Source: a virus (Duplodnaviria > Caudoviricetes). Taken from it: a DNA stretch of 64,000 nucleotides. Shown piece by piece: positions 30,863-38,705 of this stretch. A program made the position numbers and the translations under genes. A model generated the notes under the pieces. The model did no database searches. It saw nothing but the letters and a program-made list of their open reading frames with translations, and was not told where the DNA came from. The first letter of the stretch is position 1; every line of letters starts with the position of its first letter. The stretch spans positions 1 to 64,000 of IMG/VR virus record IMGVR_UViG_2852079565_000004; one strand, 5' to 3'.

Positions 30863-31036
30863 CTAATTAGAGGCCTTTTGAAGAATATCTTCGGCTATGT
30901 TTGTGAATGCGACTATGCCAGCTTCATAATCTGAGCTAATAACTTCCCTGAGCTTCTTTTCAGCAGCATCAACTCTATCTCTATACCCAGGCACTGCATC
31001 AACTAACCGATTAAGTTCAACCATTTGGTTATCCAT
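30863..31036 (-). CDS. Hypothetical protein (57 aa), below the ORF-track cutoff
   Basis: MDNQMVELNRL...ILQKASN; TAATG coupling to the Rz stop. Confidence 0.6.
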   Translation of the reverse strand: MDNQMVELNRLVDAVPGYRDRVDAAEKKLREVISSDYEAGIVAFTNIAEDILQKASN

Positions 31037-31506
31037 TAGCGTTTACACTCCGCAAAGTACCAATCTCTCAAACCAAGGAATTGCTTTTCGAGTGTTTCAA
31101 GCTGTTTAAGGAGATCGAAATAATCTTGTTCAGCGTCTCTCGCCAAGGTGGCGGATCTGCTAGCATCCACGCTGGAGGTGGAACTGTTTTCGGGCTTTGG
31201 ACATTCGGCTTTGATCCGCAGGCGCTTAGTGCCATTGCTAACATCAATACGCAACTGGTCAATTTCAGCTTTTGCATTTGTGAGTTCCGTTGTGTGTTTG
31301 GTGTCGAGTTCGTGAAGGGAGTTAATGCGCTTTTCGTAGTCTTCATTAATAGCAACCTGCTCATTGAAATCACTATTTAACTTAGAGAAACTATTTTCTA
31401 ACTTAGTGTGTTTATCATTCAACTTGTCAAAGTCATCAGCAACCCACCAGAGCCAAAATAGCAAAATGGCACAAGCGGCCATTAATGCTTTAGTTAGCGA
31501 ACCCAT
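31036..31506 (-). CDS. i-spanin (Rz-like)
   Basis: N-terminal TM, coiled coil, LD.KHT.EL..AK, RLRIKA.C. Confidence 0.9.
   Translation of the reverse strand: MGSLTKALMAACAILLFWLWWVADDFDKLNDKHTKLENSFSKLNSDFNEQVAINEDYEKRINSLHELDTKHTTELTNAKAEIDQLRIDVSNGTKRLRIKAECPKPENSSTSSVDASRSATLARDAEQDYFDLLKQLETLEKQFLGLRDWYFAECKR
31068..31277 (-). CDS. o-spanin (Rz1-like), nested lipoprotein
   Basis: LSAC lipobox and Pro-rich PPPAWML in an alternative frame within Rz. Confidence 0.85.
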   Translation of the reverse strand: MQKLKLTSCVLMLAMALSACGSKPNVQSPKTVPPPAWMLADPPPWRETLNKIISISLNSLKHSKSNSLV

Positions 31507-31507
31507 A

Positions 31508-32002
31508 TCACGACTCTTTCACTGATAAAGCCGCTTCACCAATTGGCAGAGGTCGGTTATCAACTTCCACACCTTTAGGCCATCTATAGCCAACAACTCT
31601 GGCCAGCGGGAATGATTTGATATTAACCGCATCCGATTGATTGCCGCCTAAAATAAGCAACTTACCGTCCGCGGTTTTCCCTACACAAAAACCAACGTGC
31701 CCACCGCCAGCTCTATCAAAAATTACCACGCAACCATAGTGAGGCTCTTTTAATGCAATACCCCAATCTAAATATGATTTTGCCGCTTCAGGGACTTTGC
31801 TAACCGAGCGACTACCGATAATTCCAACCCGTTCAAGCATCGCGCCAACATAGCCCGCACACCAAGATGTTTTGTCCTCCTTGATACCCGACCATTTCAT
31901 ATCTTTCCAATATTGAACAATTTTAGGATTGCTGTTCGGGCTGGGGAATCGGGTCACTCCAATTTCTTTTCTGGCTTCAATTAGCCACTTAGGTTCTGTC
32001 AT
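31508..32002 (-). CDS. Endolysin, TIGR02594 / NlpC-P60-like
   Basis: WCAGYV, GGGHVGF, LGGNQSDAV; located between holin and spanins. Confidence 0.85.
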   Translation of the reverse strand: MTEPKWLIEARKEIGVTRFPSPNSNPKIVQYWKDMKWSGIKEDKTSWCAGYVGAMLERVGIIGSRSVSKVPEAAKSYLDWGIALKEPHYGCVVIFDRAGGGHVGFCVGKTADGKLLILGGNQSDAVNIKSFPLARVVGYRWPKGVEVDNRPLPIGEAALSVKES

Positions 32003-32367
32003 TTCTTCACCATAAAAGTAAAAGGCTGCTTAATTAGCAGCCAGATTGATTTGATTCGGGACATTAACTTACTAATGACAACAATTGACATGATGTTGCC
32101 ACCAGCGGAAAAGACAACGAGGAAAAAGACACCATCAAATACAACATCAGATGGTGCTGACACTCGTTCACCACCTAATGTTTCCCATATCTGGTAAACC
32201 CAACAAATAATTAAAATAGTGCCTACGACAGAATCTCTTCGCTTCTCATAACGACAAAGAAATACAGTCGCGGCTGAAACAAGCATGAATGAAATATCAG
32301 CAGCATCCAGCGGGTGAACCTCCACCCAGCTTGTTAAATCCGTGAAGATAGTTAAGAAGGCTTCCAT
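31999..32367 (-). CDS. Membrane protein in lysis cassette
   Basis: Several hydrophobic segments; coupled to holin and endolysin. Confidence 0.6.
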   Translation of the reverse strand: MEAFLTIFTDLTSWVEVHPLDAADISFMLVSAATVFLCRYEKRRDSVVGTILIICWVYQIWETLGGERVSAPSDVVFDGVFFLVVFSAGGNIMSIVVISKLMSRIKSIWLLIKQPFTFMVKK

Positions 32368-32780
32368 TAGTTACCCCCTTTATTTCGCCAATCTTTAATG
32401 GCCTGTACGATACTGCTGAAGTTTCGGTCTATTGATGCTGCAATACGACTAAACAACTTTCTAAGATTGTCTTTGTTTGCAGCAAGCACCAAAACGGGGA
32501 TTAACAAAGCCGAAATAATAACTGCCATTATTCTAGGGCTAATATCCCAGCTCCATATCTGTGAGATAACATCAGAAGCTTCTTTAGCAATGAGGATCCC
32601 CACACCAAGAGCTAAAATAAAATGAAGTATCTTTCGTCGGTTGTTATCTTTAGATGCAATGACGGAAACTGAAGCGCCAATAACTGCCCCTAGCACAACA
32701 CCATAGTCGGCACCAATAAGGAAGCCGCCCATCGCGCCACCGCCAGCAGCACCGAGGGTTATCCCTATTGATGTGCTCAT
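32367..32780 (-). CDS. Putative holin
   Basis: Multiple TM segments, basic C-terminus, first gene of lysis cassette. Confidence 0.72.
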   Translation of the reverse strand: MSTSIGITLGAAGGGAMGGFLIGADYGVVLGAVIGASVSVIASKDNNRRKILHFILALGVGILIAKEASDVISQIWSWDISPRIMAVIISALLIPVLVLAANKDNLRKLFSRIAASIDRNFSSIVQAIKDWRNKGGN

Positions 32781-32802
32781 AAATGATTTTTTCTCTTAAC
32801 AG

Positions 32803-33051
32803 TTAATGAGAAGGTGTTTTACCTCTGCAGATAACCCGAACCGTATCACCCGTTACCGTAGTAATGTAGGCATGGTCTGTTCGCTTGATATCAAATGCAG
32901 GAACACCGTCTTTTGTTGTGTATTCTAATCGAGCGGCAATATCGGGATTATCGACTACTGGATAAAACTCCAGTCGGTACATATTTCCCAAATAATGTGA
33001 CTCTTCAACTTTACGGCCTTCACGTTCAGTTATTAATTTAAGTGCGTACAT
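32803..33051 (-). CDS. Hypothetical phage protein
   Basis: 82 aa ORF with AAGGA RBS. Confidence 0.65.
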   Translation of the reverse strand: MYALKLITEREGRKVEESHYLGNMYRLEFYPVVDNPDIAARLEYTTKDGVPAFDIKRTDHAYITTVTGDTVRVICRGKTPSH

Positions 33052-33206
33052 AGTTACGTTCCTTAGTGCGTGGGTAATAGAAAATCCACCAGCTACAGAA
33101 GCTAGTGTGGGTTAATGAATTCAGTTGATATTTAGGTTAAGTTAGAGGTTCAGCCCTATGTGGCTTACCGAAGGGATGGCTGATTAACTTCGGTGTGGGA
33201 AGATTT

Positions 33207-33416
33207 ATGCAATTTAATCTAACGAGCGTTCGTTCTGTGGATCATAGCGAAGAATCAAATAAACTTACTGTGACACTGGCTGGCGGTGATGGCTCCATTC
33301 ATAATTTTGACATTGATATCACAGGTAAAAATGTAATGAATCTAACCTTAAGAGATATTGAAAAATTAGCAATTCAACATGCTAAAAATAGTTTTGTGAA
33401 TTGTTCTAACGGTTAA
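33207..33416 (+). CDS. Hypothetical protein antisense to late operon
   Basis: 69 aa, GGGA RBS; 3' end overlaps the convergent ORF. Confidence 0.6.
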   Translation: MQFNLTSVRSVDHSEESNKLTVTLAGGDGSIHNFDIDITGKNVMNLTLRDIEKLAIQHAKNSFVNCSNG

Positions 33417-33585
33417 AATTTCCAACAGTAACAATTCGCGCACTTAGTGCATCTAATTCACAGCTCATTGCCGCTTGCATGTCAGTGAGCTGTTTTTCTA
33501 ATGCTGTTACTCGTTCTTCTAAACTACGATCCGCTTTTACTTTAGAAATACGGGTAATTCGTGCTTTTTTGATATTTCGACTCAT
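33406..33585 (-). CDS. Hypothetical coiled-coil protein
   Basis: GAGG RBS; SLEERVTALEKQL. Confidence 0.6.
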   Translation of the reverse strand: MSRNIKKARITRISKVKADRSLEERVTALEKQLTDMQAAMSCELDALSARIVTVGNFNR

Positions 33586-33975
33586 GACTACCTCTCTTAA
33601 ATAGAAAAAGGCCACGCAATGCGCAACCCTTGGAATGGGTGACTGATATAGCTCAGTCTAGCTGTCTTGCGCTAACAAGACTGTGTGGCTACTGGAATAA
33701 TTTTTGGAATATTTTGTTGTTCGAAATGGTGTTGTGGAGGCATACGCTGAGAGTGTATGCGTTCAGGTTCCCCATGACGTGTGTGCTTCTATCCTGATAA
33801 GTACAGATAACCCATGCGAGTTAGCCAGTCAGCCTTGGCATTCTCCACAATGAAAACTCTACTCGCTTTAATTCCGCTATGTGCAAGATAGAAGCTAGCA
33901 AATAGAGTTTTCATTATGTGAACTCAATCGCTTTTATAAATTTACCTTAAGTAAAGTTGGTGGTATAAGTAAGTT

Positions 33976-34048
33976 GACTAGCGTTGCTTTAGTTACTTTC
34001 TGCTTATTGATTCACTTTATAGCCACCACCTTCGGGTGGTATTTTTTT
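33976..34048 (+). ncRNA. Candidate small RNA antisense to late transcript
   Basis: TTTACC-17-TATAAG with TG extension (33941-33969); terminator ACCACC-TTCG-GGTGGT-ATTTTTTT. Confidence 0.5.
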
Positions 34049-34251
34049 GTCAAAAATAAAGCCCCACCAAGGTGGAGCCTTATTTGTACATCGCACATAT
34101 TATTCATAAACATTTTGTGATTTTTTTGGTAATTAAACAGTCTAACTGATGTTCGTTGAATTACCTTTGTTCAATGATAATAGACTAAAATTTAAACTTA
34201 TCCTTTGATGACTGTCACGTTATGACTGTGTGCTTCTGATATCGCTTTCTG

Positions 34252-34572
34252 TTATTTATGTTCTGCCGTTGAGTGGTCGCGCCGCTCACATACGCAACAA
34301 TGGCGATTCAAGTATTGCTCGCCCTCAAATTTATCACTCAAAGCTATACCATCTGGTAAAAGTGCCCACGCAACATAAAAACTATGAGGGCTCATTATCT
34401 CACCAGGTGAATAGTAAATTCCGATAAAGCAATCATCTTCATCTTTATCGACTTGAATATAGCCAATATGCCAACCATCGCACGGATTAAGTACAATAAC
34501 CTCTTTTCCGTCTAAATCTTCTGTTGGTAATTCGCTGGCTGGTCTGAACACTAATTCGGTAGGTATTTGCAT
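34252..34572 (-). CDS. Hypothetical phage protein
   Basis: LNPCDGWH, FYVAWALLP; GAGG RBS. Confidence 0.65.
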   Translation of the reverse strand: MQIPTELVFRPASELPTEDLDGKEVIVLNPCDGWHIGYIQVDKDEDDCFIGIYYSPGEIMSPHSFYVAWALLPDGIALSDKFEGEQYLNRHCCVCERRDHSTAEHK

Positions 34573-34630
34573 ATTAGGCCTCAACTAAAAATGAAAGCCT
34601 GATTTAGCTCAGGCTGGCTGCTGTTAGCCA

Positions 34631-35689
34631 CTACAGCTTTTGTCGCTCGGTATTCTGCTCTATTTCTAACTTAGTTTGCTCAAACCGCTCAGTTTCAAGC
34701 TCTACCCCAATAACACGGCGATTAAGTTTTAATGCTGCTTTTATTGTTGCACCTGAGCCCATAAAGAAATCGGCCACAACATCACCTTCACGGCTACTAC
34801 TATTGATAATGTGTTCCATCATCGATGAAGGTTTTTCACAAGGATGCTTGCCCGGGTAATATTGCACAGGCGGATAGGTCCATACATCGGTATAAGGAAC
34901 ATCAACGGTCACAGAGAATGGACGCCGTAATAGTTGATATTGTTCAGCAATCTCATGATACTCATGTCTTAACGTGGCTTGCTCCATTGCTAGTTCAGCG
35001 TGTCCACGAGCCAACGGGTTTTTACTTAATTTTTCCTCAGCAACACGCTTAAATAGCTCCTGAAGCTTTAAATAATCGGTTTCACTTGGTAACTGCCACT
35101 GGCTATAACCGAACCAATGCGATGCCATTTGCTTACCTGTTGCCTCGTGGATCTCTTTTGCTGTTACTCCTAACGAATCGCGGGCTTGCTTGAAATACTC
35201 AATCAACGGCTTAAGCACATTTTCTTTAAGTTTACGGCATTGCTGCAAGTATTCACTACCCTTCCCTTTATAGGGGCCTTGGTAATGCTCAGCAAAAATA
35301 ATACGTTCTGTAGCGGGGAAATAACTTCTAAGACTCTCTTTATTTTGCCGCCGCCATGGCCCCGATGGTTTAGCCCAGATGATGTGATTTAAAAGATTGA
35401 ACCGCTCACGAACCAATATTTCAGTATCAGCCGCCAGTTTAGATCCGCAAAACATATAAAGACTGCCCGTTGGCTTTAATACCCGCCAAAATTCCGCCAG
35501 CATTTCATCAAGCCAAGATAAATAGGCAGTGACATTTTCCCATTGATTATCCCAACTACAGCTTTTAACTTGAAAATAAGGAGGGTCTGTTGCGATTAGG
35601 TCGATACAATTATCGGGAAGTGTCTTTATATAACTGAGTGAATCATCATTAACCAAATTTATACCGCTTGATATTACAGTGCTTTTCAT
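34631..35689 (-). CDS. Orphan amino-DNA methyltransferase (beta class)
   Basis: DPPY before HPCEKP and DFFMGSG. Confidence 0.92.
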   Translation of the reverse strand: MKSTVISSGINLVNDDSLSYIKTLPDNCIDLIATDPPYFQVKSCSWDNQWENVTAYLSWLDEMLAEFWRVLKPTGSLYMFCGSKLAADTEILVRERFNLLNHIIWAKPSGPWRRQNKESLRSYFPATERIIFAEHYQGPYKGKGSEYLQQCRKLKENVLKPLIEYFKQARDSLGVTAKEIHEATGKQMASHWFGYSQWQLPSETDYLKLQELFKRVAEEKLSKNPLARGHAELAMEQATLRHEYHEIAEQYQLLRRPFSVTVDVPYTDVWTYPPVQYYPGKHPCEKPSSMMEHIINSSSREGDVVADFFMGSGATIKAALKLNRRVIGVELETERFEQTKLEIEQNTERQKL

Positions 35690-35823
35690 AGATCAGGAGA
35701 ACCTTTTTTGATAAGCTCACCTAGCTTTACGCGTATAAGCGGTGGGCCTTGGTTTGTCCGTGATCCGTTTCAGTACGGGCGAATGGCTGGGAAGGTGCTA
35801 CAACACCCACCAGCCGCCCATTT

Positions 35824-36027
35824 TCACAGTTGGATATTTTGAAATGTGTTTTCTTTGATGTTTTCTTTAACTAACCCAGCCATTGCTAACTGAGTTAATA
35901 TTAACTGGCAGCGTGGCTGTGTTAGCCCTGTGACTTGCGAAACCTCACCCGCCGTAACAGCCTCAGTGTATGGGGTAGCCTCAAAAATAATTTTAGCTTC
36001 TTGCGTTATATCACTCTGTTTTACCAT
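35824..36027 (-). CDS. Small winged-HTH protein
   Basis: TAGEVSQ.TGL...RCQLILTQL.MAGL. Confidence 0.7.
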   Translation of the reverse strand: MVKQSDITQEAKIIFEATPYTEAVTAGEVSQVTGLTQPRCQLILTQLAMAGLVKENIKENTFQNIQL

Positions 36028-36117
36028 GATATTTTAAACCTTTGGTCAGTTATTGTGCATAACTACACATGTAACTCTGACCAAATGGAACAGCAAGTCT
36101 TATATTTATTTAAGGCA

Positions 36118-36206
36118 TAAAAAAACCCCGCATCGCGAGGTTATATACAACTTGGGCAACATACCAAATTAGCCTTGAATATGGCCTATTTTGTTCATTT
36201 TTGCAA
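36118..36206 (-). promoter_or_regulatory. Late promoter pR' and terminator tR'
   Basis: TTGCAA-17-CATATT at the Q 3' end followed by AACCTCGCGATGCGGGGTTTTTTT. Confidence 0.6.
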
Positions 36207-36866
36207 GTTATAGTGCTTATTTTTGGATATTTGACTATTTCGTGTTCGCCCCATGGATAACAAAGCCTGTTTGTCTAACTCATAGCAAATATTTAAAAGG
36301 TCGTTCCAATATACTTCATAGTTCATTTTCCAGTTATTACGCTCTACACCCACCAGCCGCGCTAGGTCAGTTTGTAAGTAATCACGACCAGTACAAACCT
36401 GAACTGATAACCAAACCAATGACCTCAATCTCTCTTTGACCTTTTTGGTTATTTTCTTACCTTTATGCTGTTTTTCAAATTCAGACCATATGTGAACACT
36501 AATATTAACCTGATGCTCAAATTTTAAACTATACCCATAACAATACTTTATCCATGAGTGTTGCTCTTCACTTAACGCATTGATAGCCCTACGCCATGAA
36601 CACAGTAAGAAATCTTCATGGTCTATCATCGGCTTTGGAGTTCGGCAACTGCGAGTTTCCAATACATAAACTGGATCCGTATCACGGCAAACAAGGCGGC
36701 CATTTAATTCCAAATCCCTTTTTCTAATTCTTGGGGTTGTCCTAGTATCTGTTAACCCAAAATCTTCAAATGCTGCAAGTTGCCCCTTCGTTGCTACTCT
36801 TAAATTTGATGTAGCTACCCATGCCATATCGCTTAAATATTCCAAGTCATGCGCATAAATTGGCAT
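36195..36866 (-). CDS. Late antiterminator Q
   Basis: TKGQL.AF, SWRRAI..L, WIKYCYG, C-terminal HTH; position after rusA/DUF968. Confidence 0.85.
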   Translation of the reverse strand: MPIYAHDLEYLSDMAWVATSNLRVATKGQLAAFEDFGLTDTRTTPRIRKRDLELNGRLVCRDTDPVYVLETRSCRTPKPMIDHEDFLLCSWRRAINALSEEQHSWIKYCYGYSLKFEHQVNISVHIWSEFEKQHKGKKITKKVKERLRSLVWLSVQVCTGRDYLQTDLARLVGVERNNWKMNYEVYWNDLLNICYELDKQALLSMGRTRNSQISKNKHYNLQK

Positions 36867-36898
36867 ATAAAACCCTCCACTGCGTTCCGCACAACGCA

Positions 36899-37438
36899 TT
36901 AACCAAAAACACCCAGTGCCGCTGAACGGTCTAGGAATCGAAATAACAAAACCAACTGACTTCCGTGCTCCCTTTCCCATCCGTTTGGATCCTTATGCAA
37001 CTCGCTGTGGTGAATGCGACATAATGGAATAGTGAACAAGTCATGGGCTTTAGTACCAGTTCCACCTTGTCCGTAACCTATTAAATGGTGAGCATCATCC
37101 GCTGTGGTGCCACAAACACAACACGGCTGTGATTTAACCCACTTAAGGTATTCATCGCTTGTCCAGCGTTTAAACTTTGGCTTTAGCATTAGGCTTGCTG
37201 GTGGCTCAGGATCGACGGTTAAATTTAATGCAGGTTTTGATATCTGTTCATCACCAACCAAATCGCTGAGGTATTGACCAGAAAAAGAGATAAGACCCGA
37301 TGGTTGATGTTTTAATTCATCAGGTAATGTCGAGATCAGCATTCTGCCATTAAACAAATTTAGGCTTACTCCTGGTCTAAACATCACAGCATTAACTTCA
37401 GGAATAATGATGGGGGTTAATATCCATTGGTGATTCAT
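36899..37438 (-). CDS. DUF968 family protein
   Basis: YLKWVKSQPCCVCG..ADDAHH, HDLFTIPLCR.HH. Confidence 0.88.
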   Translation of the reverse strand: MNHQWILTPIIIPEVNAVMFRPGVSLNLFNGRMLISTLPDELKHQPSGLISFSGQYLSDLVGDEQISKPALNLTVDPEPPASLMLKPKFKRWTSDEYLKWVKSQPCCVCGTTADDAHHLIGYGQGGTGTKAHDLFTIPLCRIHHSELHKDPNGWEREHGSQLVLLFRFLDRSAALGVFG

Positions 37439-37821
37439 GACATTTTCTCCACTTCTGCATTGAGGGGCCTTATTTCAATTTCAAATCGACCACCTTTTAC
37501 TACTTCACACCATCGTATATCTACATGCCTTACTTGCTTGTCATCTTTCCATACGTTCGCATAGGTAAGGGCATCAAATGGCGCTTTTAAAAAATTATCT
37601 ATGTCTCTTCTGTGATTAGTTGGAGGGTACATTTTCACAATGACAGATACATTTTCTTCTATCGCCACAGGTCTTTTGCGTAATTGCTGATATACCGCTG
37701 CTATTGCATTAGCCCGAAACGCACGCCCTTTCTCACTGATGATCATAGTGCCACGAACAGTCCGCCAGCACGCATTAACACTTGGAGGAAAAGGCAGTAC
37801 GAGGATTAAAGATCTAGGCAT
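37435..37821 (-). CDS. rusA: RusA family Holliday junction resolvase
   Basis: LPFPPSVN, RRDIDNFLK...DAL, DD.QV. Confidence 0.93.
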   Translation of the reverse strand: MPRSLILVLPFPPSVNACWRTVRGTMIISEKGRAFRANAIAAVYQQLRKRPVAIEENVSVIVKMYPPTNHRRDIDNFLKAPFDALTYANVWKDDKQVRHVDIRWCEVVKGGRFEIEIRPLNAEVEKMS

Positions 37822-38210
37822 ATTTGGCCTCCCCCTGTAACTACGGAAAATGCCCTGCCATTTGTATTTAAATATTTACCCCAGTGTGCTTTTCGGATGA
37901 TTTCAGCTTGTTCGATAGTAAAGCTCGCTTCACGCAAGCCACCCTTGTGACGTCGAACCATAAAGCCTTTTGCGTATAATGATTGGCAAATTGGGCAATA
38001 ATCCACGGTATCCATAAATCCAGCGGGGCCAGAAAAAAAGATATTGCTCTGCCATGTTGCACACTCACGACACACTGGAGCATCGCAGGTATGATTTTTC
38101 CTTAGCGTTATCATATTGCCGTTTTCATCCTCATCGGCATCAAAACCAAGAACAAAATCACACAGCAAGGTTGCTTTACCACCACAGAACATGCATTTAT
38201 TGCTAGCCAT
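37806..38210 (-). CDS. Cys-rich hypothetical phage protein
   Basis: C..CG...LLCD, TCD..VC..C, DYCP. Confidence 0.7.
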   Translation of the reverse strand: MASNKCMFCGGKATLLCDFVLGFDADEDENGNMITLRKNHTCDAPVCRECATWQSNIFFSGPAGFMDTVDYCPICQSLYAKGFMVRRHKGGLREASFTIEQAEIIRKAHWGKYLNTNGRAFSVVTGGGQICLDL

Positions 38211-38385
38211 TCGTCACCACCTTATTCCAAATTGCTACTGCTGATGGCTTATCATTTACTGCAGGGCCTTTCGCCCCACAGCTATGACAATAAACATAAA
38301 ACCAAGTGCGGTATTCGAGGGTTTGAATGTGCAGATCCTCGCTGCCACATTTACACTGGTGAATTTCTGGCATTTTGTTTTTCAC
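38203..38385 (-). CDS. Lar-like restriction alleviation zinc-ribbon protein
   Basis: CKCGS...C.SCGAKGP...A..WN pattern. Confidence 0.65.
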   Translation of the reverse strand: MKNKMPEIHQCKCGSEDLHIQTLEYRTWFYVYCHSCGAKGPAVNDKPSAVAIWNKVVTNG

Positions 38386-38705
38386 TGCCTAACCCCCGCC
38401 AGCAATTCATCAAATTTCTGAACTAACGTGGATAACTTTGTCTCAGTAATAAAACTCGCTGAGTCGTTGTGGGAGCGAAACTTGCCCTCTTTTAGCATTT
38501 GCTCGCTATCCTCAGATACACGATAAAGTCCTTTTTCTACCTGATAAATCAAACCATAATTCAGCAATGACTTGATTATCGCTGTTGCGCCAGAGTGTTT
38601 TTTCATATTGAACTCGCTGAACAAATCATCACGACCAAAGGTTCTACCCTTAAAATGGGTAGTAAACTCCATATAACGACGCTTCTGTGAAGAATTCCCT
38701 ATCAT
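38382..38705 (-). CDS. Hypothetical (wHTH-like) protein
   Basis: Coupled ORF ending FDELLAGVR. Confidence 0.6.
   Translation of the reverse strand: MIGNSSQKRRYMEFTTHFKGRTFGRDDLFSEFNMKKHSGATAIIKSLLNYGLIYQVEKGLYRVSEDSEQMLKEGKFRSHNDSASFITETKLSTLVQKFDELLAGVRQ

Noticed and set aside
33620-34230. Phage tRNA genes in the late leader
   Set aside because: No T-arm plus acceptor-stem pattern found on either strand; TTCGAA at ~33720 lacks tRNA context.
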